DNA of 64,000 nt from Auanema rhodensis (lineage: Eukaryota > Animalia > Nematoda), in NCBI GenBank assembly GCA_964057225.1, contig OZ059894.1, forward strand, positions 18,600,001 to 18,664,000, given 5' to 3'. Under the pieces are notes generated by a model, which saw only the letters and a list, made by a program, of their open reading frames with translations, made no database searches and was not told the DNA's origin. This document shows positions 1-11,937 of this stretch, in pieces (the stretch's first letter is position 1; the number at the start of each line of letters is the position of its first letter). Made by a program: the position numbers and the translations under genes.

Positions 1-5
1 ATATC

Positions 6-72
6 TCGGTGCATTTTTAAGCTAGCGCAAATCTGTTAACACAGATCAACGCAGCTTAAAAATCCGCATCGA
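6..72. other. Inverted repeat 1 of the monomer (long imperfect hairpin/cruciform)
   Basis: TCGGTGC(6-12)/GCATCGA(66-72, one G-T pair); ATTTTTAAGCT(13-23)/AGCTTAAAAAT(53-63), perfect 11 bp; GCG(25-27)/CGC(50-52); ATCTGT(31-36)/ACAGAT(41-46) with loop TAAC. Confidence 0.9.
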
Positions 73-85
73 ATGCACTATACTA

Positions 86-134
86 CATTGAGAAACGCTC
101 AAAACAAAAATTAGTTATGATCGTTTGAAAAATG
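86..134. other. Inverted repeat 2 of the monomer (imperfect)
   Basis: AAACGCTCAAAAC(93-105) pairs with GTTATGATCGTTT(114-126) at 11 of 13 positions, 8-nt loop; CATT(86-89)/AATG(131-134) lies outside. Pairing is weaker in the CTTAATAC haplotype that dominates later in the array. Confidence 0.65.
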
Positions 135-146
135 ATGCATTAGTGT

Positions 147-174
147 ATGTTGAGTTTCCATGTACACTCAACAT
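147..174. other. Inverted repeat 3 of the monomer
   Basis: ATGTTGAGT(147-155)/ACTCAACAT(166-174), perfect 9-bp stem with a 10-nt loop. Confidence 0.9.
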
Positions 175-181
175 TGCTTCC

Positions 182-247
182 AAAAACATTTTGACAAAAA
201 TTTTTTCGAAAAATTTCAAAATAATTTAGCAAAAAGTAGATGTTTTT
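182..247. other. Inverted repeat 4 of the monomer (AT-rich palindrome centred on TTCGAA)
   Basis: TTTTTCGAAAAA(202-213) is a perfect 12-bp palindrome, flanked by ATTTTGA(188-194)/TCAAAAT(216-222) and AAAAACAT(182-189)/ATGTTTTT(240-247). Confidence 0.75.
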
Positions 248-324
248 AGATTCCTTTTTTCAAGGCAAAGACGATGGACAATGTTATTCAACGAAAAAAT
301 TAATTCTTCAGGGTGAAAATCGAG

Positions 325-346
325 GATATAAGTGTGAACTTATATC
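325..346. other. Inverted repeat 5 of the monomer: 9-bp stem with GTGA (GNRA-type) tetraloop
   Basis: GATATAAGT(325-333)-GTGA-ACTTATATC(338-346). Confidence 0.9.
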
Positions 347-3300
347 AGTTGATATCTCGGTGCATTTTTAAGCTAGCGCAAATCTGATAACACAGATCGA
401 TGCAGCTTAAAAATCCGCATCGAATGCACTATACTACATTGAGAAACGCTTAATACAAAAATTAGTTATGATCGTTTGAAACATGATGCATTGCTTCAAC
501 ATTGCTTCCAAAAACATTTTGACAAAAATTTTTTCGAAAAATTTCAAAATAATTTAGCAAAAAGTAGATGTTTTTAGATTCCTTTTTTTCAAGGCAAAGA
601 CGATGGACAATGTTATTCAACGAAAAAATTAATTCTTCAGGGTGAAAATCGAGGATATAAGTGTGAACTTATATCAGTTGATATCTCGGTGCAATTTTAA
701 GCTAGCGCAAATCTGATAACACAGATCGACGCAGCTTAAAAATCCGCATCGAATGCACTATACTACATTGAGAAACGCTTAATACAAAAATTAGTTATGA
801 TCGTTTGAAACATGATGCATTGCTTCAACATTGCTTCCAAAAACATTTTGACAAAAATTTTTTCGAAAAATTTCAAAATAATTTAGCAAAAAGTAGATGT
901 TTTTAGATTCCTTTTTTCAAGGCAAAGACGATGGACAATGTTATTCAACGAAAAAACTAATTCTTCAGGGTGAAAATCGAGGATATAAGTGTGAACTTAT
1001 ATCAGTTGATATCTCGGTGCAATTTTAAGCTAGCGCAAATCTGATAACACAGATCGACGCAGCTTAAAAATCCGCATCGAATGCACTATACTACATTGAG
1101 AAACGCTTAATACAAAAATTAGTTATGATCGTTTGAAACATGATGCATTGCTTCAACATTGCTTCCAAAAACATTTTGACAAAAATTTTTTCGAAAAATT
1201 TCAAAATAATTTAGCAAAAAGTAGATGTTTTTGATGCATTGCTTCAACATTGCTTCCAAAAACATTTTGACAAAAATTTTTTCGAAAAATTTCTAAATAA
1301 TTTAGCAAAAAGTAGATGTTTTTAGATTCCTTTTTTCAAGGCAAAGACGATGGACAATGTTATTCAACGAAAAAATTAATTCTTCAGGGTGAAAATCGAG
1401 GATAGAAGTGTGAACTTATATCAGTTGATATCTCGGTGCATTTTTAAGCTAGCGCAAATCTGTTAACACAGATCAACGCAGCTTAAAAATCCGCATCGAA
1501 TGCACTATACTACATTGAGAAACGCTCAAAACAAAAATTAGTTATGATCGTTTGAAAAATGATGCATTAGTGTATGTTGAGTTTCCATGTACACTCAACA
1601 TTGCTTCCAAAAACATTTTGACAAAAATTTTTTCGAGAAATTTCAAAATAATTTAGCAAAAAGTAGATGTTTTTAGATTCCTTTTTTTCAAGGCAAAGAC
1701 GATGGACAATGTTATTCAACGAAAAAATTAATTCTTCAGGGTGAAAATCGAGGATATAAGTGTGAACTTATATCAGTTGATATCTCGGTGCATTTTTAAG
1801 CTAGCGCAAATCTGATAACAGAGATCAACGCAGCTTAAAAATCCGCACCGAATGCACTATACTACATTGAGAAACGCTTAAAACAAAAATTAGTTATGAT
1901 CGTTTGAAAAATGATGCATTAGTGTATGTTGAGTTTCCATGTACACTCAACATTGCTTCCAAAAACATTTTGACAAAAATTTTTTCGAAAAATTTCAAAA
2001 TAATTTAGCAAAAAGTAGATGTTTTTAGATTCCTTTTTTCAAGGCAAAGACGATGGACAATGTTATTCAACGAAAAAATTAATTCTTCAGGGTGAAAAGC
2101 GAGGATATAAGTGTGAACTTATATCAGTTGATATCTCGGTGCATTTTTAAGCTAGCGCAAATCTGATAACACAGATCGACGCAGCTTAAAAATCCGCATC
2201 GAATGCACTATACTACATTGAGAAACGCTTAATACAAAAATTAGTTATGATCGTTTGAAAAATGATGCATTAGTGTATGTTGAGTTTCCATGTACACTCA
2301 ACATTGCTTCCAAAAACATTTTGACAAAAATTTTTTCGAAAAATTTCAAAATAATTTAGCAAAAAGTAGATGTTTTTAGATTCCTTTTTTCAAGGCAAAG
2401 ACGATGGACAATGTTATTCAACGAAAAAATTAATTCTTCAGGGTGAAAATCGAGGATAGAAGTGTGAACTTATATCAGTTGATATCTCGGTGCATTTTTA
2501 AGCTAGCGCAAATCTGTTAACACAGATCAACGCAGCTTAAAAATCCGCATCGAATGCACTATACTACATTGAGAAACGCTCAAAACAAAAATTAGTTATG
2601 ATCGTTTGAAAAATGATGCATTAGTGTATGTTGAGTTTCCATGTACACTCAACATTGCTTCCAAAAACATTTTGACAAAAATTTTTTCGAAAAATTTCAA
2701 AATAATTTAGCAAAAAGTAGATGTTTTTAGATTCCTTTTTTCAAGGCAAAGACGATGGACAATGTTATTCAACGAAAAAATTAATTCTTCAGGGTGAAAA
2801 TCGAGGATAGAAGTGTGAACTTATATCAGTTGATATCTCGGTGCATTTTTAAGCTAGCGCAAATCTGTTAACACAGATCAACGCAGCTTAAAAATCCGCA
2901 TCGAATGCACTATACTACATTGAGAAACGCTCAAAACAAAAATTAGTTATGATCGTTTGAAAAATGATGCATTAGTGTATGTTGAGTTTCCATGTACACT
3001 CAACATTGCTTCCAAAAACATTTTGACAAAAATTTTTTCGAAAAATTTCAAAATAATTTAGCAAAAAGTAGATGTTTTTAGATTCCTTTTTTCAAGGCAA
3101 AGACGATGGACAATGTTATTCAACGAAAAAATTAATTCTTCAGGGTGAAAATCGAGGATATAAGTGTGAACTTATATCAGTTGATATCTCGGTGCATTTT
3201 TAAGCTAGCGCAAATCTGATAACACAGATCGATGCAGCTTAAAAATCCGCATCGAATGCACTATACTACATTGAGAAACGCTTAATACAAAAATTAGTTA

Positions 3301-6300
3301 TGATCGTTTGAAACATGATGCATTGCTTCAACATTGCTTCCAAAAACATTTTGACAAAAATTTTTTCGAAAAATTTCAAAATAATTTAGCAAAAAGTAGA
3401 TGTTTTTGATGCATTGCTTCAACATTGCTTCCAAAAACATTTTGACAAAAATTTTTTCGAAACATTTCAAAATAATTTAGCAAAAAGTAGATGTTTTTAG
3501 ATTCCTTTTTTCAAGGCAAAGACGATGGACAATGTTATTCAACGAAAAAATTAATTCTTCAGGGTGAAAATCGAGGATATAAGTGTGAACTTATATCAGT
3601 TGATATCTCGGTGCATTTTTAAGCTAGCGCAAATCTGATAACACAGATCGACGCAGCTTAAAAATCCGCATCGAATGCACTATACTACATTGAGAAACGC
3701 TTAATACAAAAATTAGTTATGATCGTTTGAAAAATGATGCATTAGTGTATGTTGAGTTTCCATGTACACTCAACATTGCTTCCAAAAACATTTTGACAAA
3801 AATTTTTTCGAAAAATTTCAAAATAATTTAGCAAAAAGTAGATGTTTTTAGATTCCTTTTTTCAAGGCAAAGACGATGGACAATGTTATTCAACGAAAAA
3901 ATTAATTCTTCAGGGTGAAAATCGAGGATAGAAGTGTGAACTTATATCAGTTGATATCTCGGTGCATTTTTAAGCTAGCGCAAATCTGTTAACACAGATC
4001 AACGCAGCTTAAAAATCCGCATCGAATGCACTATACTACATTGAGAAACGCTCAAAACAAAAATTAGTTATGATCGTTTGAAAAATGATGCATTAGTGTA
4101 TGTTGAGTTTCCATGTACACTCAACATTGCTTCCAAAAACATTTTGACAAAAATTTTTTCGAAAAATTTCAAAATAATTTAGCAAAAAGTAGATGTTTTT
4201 AGATTCCTTTTTTCAAGGCAAAGACGATGGACAATGTTATTCAACGAAAAAATTAATTCTTCAGGGTGAAAATCGAGGATAGAAGTGTGAACTTATATCA
4301 GTTGATATCTCGGTGCATTTTTAAGCTAGCGCAAATCTGTTAACACAGATCAACGCAGCTTAAAAATCCGCATCGAATGCACTATACTACATTGAGAAAC
4401 GCTCAAAACAAAAATTAGTTATGATCGTTTGAAAAATGATGCATTAGTGTATGTTGAGTTTCCATGTACACTCAACATTGCTTCCAAAAACATTTTGACA
4501 AAAATTTTTTCGAAAAATTTCAAAATAATTTAGCAAAAAGTAGATGTTTTTAGATTCCTTTTTTCAAGGCAAAGACGATGGACAATGTTATTCAACGAAA
4601 AAATTAATTCTTCAGGGTGAAAATCGAGGATAGAAGTGTGAACTTATATCAGTTGATATCTCGGTGCATTTTTAAGCTAGCGCAAATCTGTTAACACAGA
4701 TCAACGCAGCTTAAAAATCCGCATCGAATGCACTATACTACATTGAGAAACGCTCAAAACAAAAATTAGTTATGATCGTTTGAAAAATGATGCATTAGTG
4801 TATGTTGAGTTTCCATGTACACTCAACATTGCTTCCAAAAACATTTTGACAAAAATTTTTTCGAAAAATTTCAAAATAATTTAGCAAAAAGTAGATGTTT
4901 TTAGATTCCTTTTTTTCAAGGCAAAGACGATGGACAATGTTATTCAACGAAAAAATTAATTCTTCAGGGTGAAAATCGAGGATATAAGTGTGAACTTATA
5001 TCAGTTGATATCTCGGTGCAATTTTAAGCTAGCGCAAATCTGATAACACAGATCGACGCAGCTTAAAAATCCGCATCGAATGCACTATACTACATTGAGA
5101 AACGCTTAATACAAAAAATAGTTATGATCGTTTGAAACATGATGCATTGCTTCAACATTGCTTCCAAAAACATTTTGACAAAAATTTTTTCGAAAAATTT
5201 CAAAATAATTTAGCAAAAAGTAGATGTTTTTAGATTCCTTTTTTCAAGGCAAAGACGATGGACAATGTTATTCAACGAAAAAATTAATTCTTCAGGGTGA
5301 AAATCGAGGATAGAAGTGTGAACTTATATCAGTTGATATCTCGGTGCATTTTTAAGCTAGCGCAAATCTGTTAACACAGATCAACGCAGCTTAAAAATCC
5401 GCATCGAATGCACTATACTACATTGAGAAACGCTCAAAACAAAAATTAGTTATGATCGTTTGAAAAATGATGCATTAGTGTATGTTGAGTTTCCATGTAC
5501 ACTCAACATTGCTTCCAAAAACATTTTGACAAAAATTTTTTCGAAAAATTTCAAAATAATTTAGCAAAAAGTAGATGTTTTTAGATTCCTTTTTTCAAGG
5601 CAAAGACGATGGACAATGTTATTCAACGAAAAAATTAATTCTTCAGGGTGAAAATCGAGGATAGAAGTGTGAACTTATATCAGTTGATATCTCGGTGCAT
5701 TTTTAAGCTAGCGCAAATCTGTTAACACAGATCAACGCAGCTTAAAAATCCGAATCGAATGCACTATACTACATTGAGAAACGCTCAAAACAAAAATTAG
5801 TTATGATCGTTTGAAAAATGATGCATTAGTGTATGTTGAGTTTCCATGTACACTCAACATTGCTTCCAAAAACATTTTGACAAAAATTTTTTCGAAAAAT
5901 TTCAAAATAATTTAGCAAAAAGTAGATGTTTTTAGATTCCTTTTTTTCAAGGCAAAGACGATGGACAATGTTATTCAACGAAAAAATTAATTCTTCAGGG
6001 TGAAAATCGAGGATATAAGTGTGAACTTATATCAGTTGATATCTCGGTGCAATTTTAAGCTAGCGCAAATCTGATAACACAGATCGACGCAGCTTACAAA
6101 TCCGCATTGAATGCACTATACTACATTGAGAAACGCTTAATACAAAAAATAGTTATGATCGTTTGAAACATGATGCATTGCTTCAACATTGCTTCCAAAA
6201 ACATTTTGACAAAAATTTTTTCGAAAAATTTCAAAATAATTTAGCAAAAAGTAGATGTTTTTAGATTCCTTTTTTCAAGGCAAAGACGATGGACAATGTT

Positions 6301-7136
6301 ATTCAACGAAAAAATTAATTCTTCAGGGTGAAAATCGAGGATATAAGTGTGAACTTATATCAGTTGATATCTCGGTGCAATTTTAAGCTAGCGCAAATCT
6401 GATAACACAGATCGACGCAGCTTAAAAATCCGCATCGAATGCACTATACTACATTGAGAAACGCTTAATACAAAAATTAGTTATGATCGTTTGAAACATG
6501 ATGCATTGCTTCAACATTGCTTCCAAAAACATTTTGACAAAAATTTTTTCGAAAAATTTCAAAATAATTTAGCAAAAAGTAGATGTTTTTGATGCATTGC
6601 TTCAACATTGCTTCCAAAAACATTTTGACAAAAATTTTTTCGAAAAATTTCTAAATAATTTAGCAAAAAGTAGATGTTTTTAGATTCCTTTTTTCAAGGC
6701 AAAGACGATGGACAATGTTATTCAACGAAAAAATTAATTCTTCAGGGTGAAAATCGAGGATATAAGTGTGAACTTATATATGTTGATATCTCGGTGCATT
6801 TTTAAGCTAGCGCAAATCTGATAACACAGATCGACGCAGCTTAAAAATCCGCATCGAATGCACTATACTACATTGAGAAACGCTTAATACAAAAATTAGT
6901 TATGATCGTTTGAAAAATGATGCATTAGTGTATGTTGAGTTTCCATGTACACTCAACATTGCTTCCAAAAACATTTTGACAAAAATTTTTTCGAAAAATT
7001 TCAAAATAATTTAGCAAAAAGTAGATGTTTTTAGATTCCTTTTTTCAAGGCAAAGACGATGGACAATGTTATTCAACGAAAAAATTAATTCTTCAGGGTG
7101 AAAATCGAGGATAGAAGTGTGAACTTATATCAGTTG

Positions 7137-10100
7137 ATATCTCGGTGCATTTTTAAGCTAGCGCAAATCTGATAACACAGATCAACGCAGCTTAAAAATC
7201 CGCATCGAATGCACTATACTACATTGAGAAACGCTCAAAACAAAAATTAGTTATGATTGTTTGAAACATGATGCATTGCTTCAACATTGCTTCCAAAAAC
7301 ATTTTGACAAAAATTTTTGCGAAAAATTTCAAAATAATTTAGCAAAAAGTAGATGTTTTTAGTTTCCTTTTTTCAAGGCAAAGACGATGGACAATGTTAT
7401 TCAACGAAAAAATTAATTCTTCAGGGTGAAAATCGAGGATATAAGTGTGAACTTATATCAGTTGATATCTCGGTGCATTTTTAAGCTAGCGCAAATCTGA
7501 TAACACAGATCAACGCAGCTTAAAAATCCGCATCGAATGCACTATACTACATTGAGAAACGCTCAAAACAAAAATTAGTTATGATCGTTTGAAAAATGAT
7601 GCATTAGTGTATGTTGAGTTTCCATGTACACTCAACATTGCTTCCAAAAACATTTTGACAAAAATTTTTTCGAAAAATTTCAAAATAATTTAGCAAAAAG
7701 TAGATGTTTTTAGTTTCCTTTTTTCAAGGCAAAGACGATGGACAATGTTATTCAACGAAAAAATTAATTCTTCAGGGTGAAAATCGAGGATATAAGTGTG
7801 AACTTATATCAGTTGATATCTCGGTGCATTTTTAAGCTAGCGCAAATCTGATAACACAGATCGACGCAGCTTAAAAATCCGCATCGAATGCACTATACTA
7901 CATTGAGAAACGCTTAATACAAAAATTAGTTATGATCGTTTGAAAAATGATGCATTAGTGTATGTTGAGTTTCCATGTACACTCAACATTGCTTCCAAAA
8001 ACATTTTGACAAAAATTTTTTCGAAAAATTTCAAAATAATTTATCAAAAAGTAGATGTTTTTAGTTTCCTTTTTTCAAGGCAAAGACGATGGACAATGTT
8101 ATTCAACGAAAAAATTAATTCTTCAGGGTGAAAATCGAGGATATAAGTGTGAACTTATATCAGTTGATATCTCGGTGCATTTTTAAGCTAGCGCAAATCT
8201 GATAACACAGATCGATGCAGCTTAAAAATCCGCATCGAATGCACTATACTACATTGAGAAACGCTTAATACAAAAATTAGTTATGATCGTTTGAAACATG
8301 ATGCATTGCTTCAACATTGCTTCCAAAAACATTTTGACAAAAATTTTTTCGAGAAATTTCAAAATAATTTAGCAAAAAGTAGATGTTTTTAGATTCCTTT
8401 TTTTCAAGGCAAAGACGATGGACAATGTTATTCAACGAAAAAATTAATTCTTCAGGGTGAAAATCGAGGATATAAGTGTGAACTTATATCAGTTGATATC
8501 TCGGTGCATTTTTAAGCTAGCGCAAATCTGATAACACAGATCAACGCAGCTTAAAAATCCGCATCGAATGCACTATACTACATTGAGAAACGCTCAAAAC
8601 AAAAATTAGTTATGATTGTTTGAAACATGATGCATTGCTTCAACATTGCTTCCAAAAACATTTTGACAAAAATTTTTTCGAAAAATTTCAAAATAATTTA
8701 GCAAAAAGTAGATGTTTTTAGTTTCCTTTTTTCAAGGCAAAGACGATGGACAATGTTATTCAACGAAAAAATTAATTCTTCAGGGTGAAAATCGAGGATA
8801 TAAGTGTGAACTTATATCAGTTGATATCTCGGTGCATTTTTAAGCTAGCGCAAATCTGATAACACAGATCAACGCAGCTTAAAAATCCGCATCGAATGCA
8901 CTATACTACATTGAGAAACGCTCAAAACAAAAATTAGTTATGATCGTTTGAAAAATGATGCATTAGTGTATGTTGAGTTTCCATGTACACTCAACATTGC
9001 TTCCAAAAACATTTTGACAAAAATTTTTTCGAAAAATTTCAAAATAATTTAGCAAAAAGTAGATGTTTTTAGTTTCCTTTTTTCAAGGCAAAGACGATGG
9101 ACAATGTTATTCAACGAAAAAATTAATTCTTCAGGGTGAAAATCGAGGATATAAGTGTGAACTTATATCAGTTGATATCTCGGTGCATTTTTAAGCTAGC
9201 GCAAATCTGATAACACAGATCGACGCAGCTTAAAAATCCGCATCGAATGCACTATACTACATTGAGAAACGCTCAAAACAAAAATTAGTTATGATCGTTT
9301 GAAAAATGATGCATTAGTGTATGTTGAGTTTCCATGTACACTCAACATTGCTTCCAAAAACATTTTGACAAAAATTTTTTCGAAAAATTTCAAAATAATT
9401 TATCAAAAAGTAGATGTTTTTAGTTTCCTTTTTTCAAGGCAAAGACGATGGACAATGTTATTCAACGAAAAAATTAATTCTTCAGGGTGAAAATCGAGGA
9501 TATAAGTGTGAACTTATATCAGTTGATATCTCGGTGCATTTTTAAGCTAGCGCAAATCTGATAACACAGATCGATGCAGCTTAAAAATCCGCATCGAATG
9601 CACTATACTACATTGAGAAACGCTTAATACAAAAATTAGTTATGATCGTTTGAAACATGATGCATTGCTTCAACATTGCTTCCAAAAACATTTTGACAAA
9701 AATTTTTTCGAAAAATTTCAAAATAATTTAGCAAAAAGTAGATGTTTTTAGTTTCCTTTTTTCAAGGCAAAGACGATGGACAATGTTATTCAACGAAAAA
9801 ATTAATTCTTCAGGGTGAAAATCGAGGATATAAGTGTGAACTTATATCAGTTGATATCTCGGTGCATTTTTAAGCTAGCGCAAATCTGATAACACAGATC
9901 AACGCAGCTTAAAAATCCGCATCGAATGCACTATACTACATTGAGAAACGCTCAAAACAAAAATTAGTTATGATCGTTTGAAAAATGATGCATTAGTGTA
10001 TGTTGAGTTTCCATGTACACTCAACATTGCTTCCAAAAACATTTTGACAAAAATTTTTTCGAAAAATTTCAAAATAATTTAGCAAAAAGTAGATGTTTTT

Positions 10101-11937
10101 AGTTTCCTTTTTTCAAGGCAAAGACGATGGACAATGTTATTCAACGAAAAAATTAATTCTTCAGGGTGAAAATCGAGGATATAAGTGTGAACTTATATCA
10201 GTTGATATCTCGGTGCATTTTTAAGCTAGCGCAAATCTGATAACACAGATCGACGCAGCTTAAAAATCCGCATCGAATGCACTATACTACATTGAGAAAC
10301 GCTCAAAACAAAAATTAGTTATGATCGTTTGAAAAATGATGCATTAGTGTATGTTGAGTTTCCATGTACACTCAACATTGCTTCCAAAAACATTTTGACA
10401 AAAATTTTTTCGAAAAATTTCAAAATAATTTATCAAAAAGTAGATGTTTTTAGTTTCCTTTTTTCAAGGCAAAGACGATGGACAATGTTATTCAACGAAA
10501 AAATTAATTCTTCAGGGTGAAAATCGAGGATATAAGTGTGAACTTATATCAGTTGATATCTCGGTGCATTTTTAAGCTAGCGCAAATCTGATAACACAGA
10601 TCGACGCAGCTTAAAAATCCGCATCGAATGCACTATACTACATTGAGAAACGCTCAAAACAAAAATTCGTTATGATCGTTTGAAAAATGATGCATTAGTG
10701 TATGTTGAGTTTCCATGTACACTCAACATTGCTTCCAAAAACATTTTGACAAAAATTTTTTCGAGAAATTTCAAAATAATTTAGCAAAAAGTAGATGTTT
10801 TTAGATTCCTTTTTTTCAAGGCAAAGACGATGGACAATGTTATTCAACGAAAAAATTAATTCTTCAGGGTGAAAATCGAGGATATAAGTGTGAACTTATA
10901 TCAGTTGATATCTCGGTGCATTTTTAAGCTAGCGCAAATCTGATAACACAGATCAACGCAGCTTAAAAATCCGCATCGAATGCACTATACTACATTGAGA
11001 AACGCTCAAAACAAAAATTAGTTATGATTGTTTGAAACATGATGCATTGCTTCAACATTGCTTCCAAAAACATTTTGACAAAAATTTTTTCGAAAAATTT
11101 CAAAATAATTTAGCAAAAAGTAGATGTTTTTAGTTTCCTTTTTTCAAGGCAAAGACGATGGACAATGTTATTCAACGAAAAAATTAATTCTTCAGGGTGA
11201 AAATCGAGGATATAAGTGTGAACTTATATCAGTTGATATCTCGGTGCATTTTTAAGCTAGCGCAAATCTGATAACACAGATCAACGCAGCTTAAAAATCC
11301 GCATCGAATGCACTATACTACATTGAGAAACGCTCAAAACAAAAATTAGTTATGATCGTTTGAAAAATGATGCATTAGTGTATGTTGAGTTTCCATGTAC
11401 ACTCAACATTGCTTCCAAAAACATTTTGACAAAAATTTTTTCGAAAAATTTCAAAATAATTTAGCAAAAAGTAGATGTTTTTAGTTTCCTTTTTTCAAGG
11501 CAAAGACGATGGACAATGTTATTCAACGAAAAAATTAATTCTTCAGGGTGAAAATCGAGGATATAAGTGTGAACTTATATCAGTTGATATCTCGGTGCAT
11601 TTTTAAGCTAGCGCAAATCTGATAACACAGATCGACGCAGCTTAAAAATCCGCATCGAATGCACTATACTACATTGAGAAACGCTCAAAACAAAAATTAG
11701 TTATGATCGTTTGAAAAATGATGCATTAGTGTATGTTGAGTTTCCATGTACACTCAACATTGCTTCCAAAAACATTTTGACAAAAATTTTTTCGAAAAAT
11801 TTCAAAATAATTTATCAAAAAGTAGATGTTTTTAGTTTCCTTTTTTCAAGGCAAAGACGATGGACAATGTTATTCAACGAAAAAATTAATTCTTCAGGGT
11901 GAAAATCGAGGATATAAGTGTGAACTTATATCAGTTG
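7137..11937. repeat. 3-mer higher-order repeat (328+351+351 = 1030 bp), four copies with two interspersed monomers
   Basis: Copies at 7137-8166, 8496-9525, 9526-10555 and 10908-11937. All members carry AGTTTCC and the third member carries TTATCAAAA. Confidence 0.9.

Larger units (their letters stand above)
1..351. repeat. Representative 351-bp monomer (~31% GC, many A/T tracts, multiple dyad symmetries)
   Basis: 110 G+C in 351 nt by hand count. Palindromic 6-mers per unit include GCTAGC (21-26), ATGCAT (135-140), TGTACA (161-166), TTCGAA (205-210), ATTAAT (299-304) and GATATC across the unit junction (351-356). Confidence 0.98.

Noticed and set aside
33-126. Possible hammerhead ribozyme on the + strand (CTGATAA in most units ... 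GAAAC-stem-GTT), as known from some newt, schistosome and cricket satellites
   Set aside because: The core is CUGAUAA rather than CUGANGA (C3-G8 pair lost), and stems I and II cannot be formed next to the core. An Infernal search with Rfam hammerhead models on a dimer would settle it.
191-225. TTGACA resembling a bacterial -35 element
   Set aside because: Chance match in AT-rich satellite; there is no downstream gene and the context is not prokaryotic.
280-296. CENP-B-box-like sequence on the - strand (TTTCGTTGAATAACATT)
   Set aside because: It matches only the 5' TTCG....A part; the essential CGGG is absent.
147-311. Possible hammerhead on the - strand (CUGAAGA at 311-305; GAAACUCAACAU at 158-147)
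   Set aside because: No stem II closes between the motifs, the would-be cleavage triplet is GUG (not NUH), and stem I does not pair.
7940-11902. Four identical 63-aa ORFs (7940, 9299, 10329, 11711)
   Set aside because: They start at TTG inside the satellite monomer and pass the length cutoff only because a TAG>TAT change removes the stop present in the other copies. The composition reflects AT-rich DNA (K/F/I/N) and I recognise no domain. They mark an HOR, not genes.
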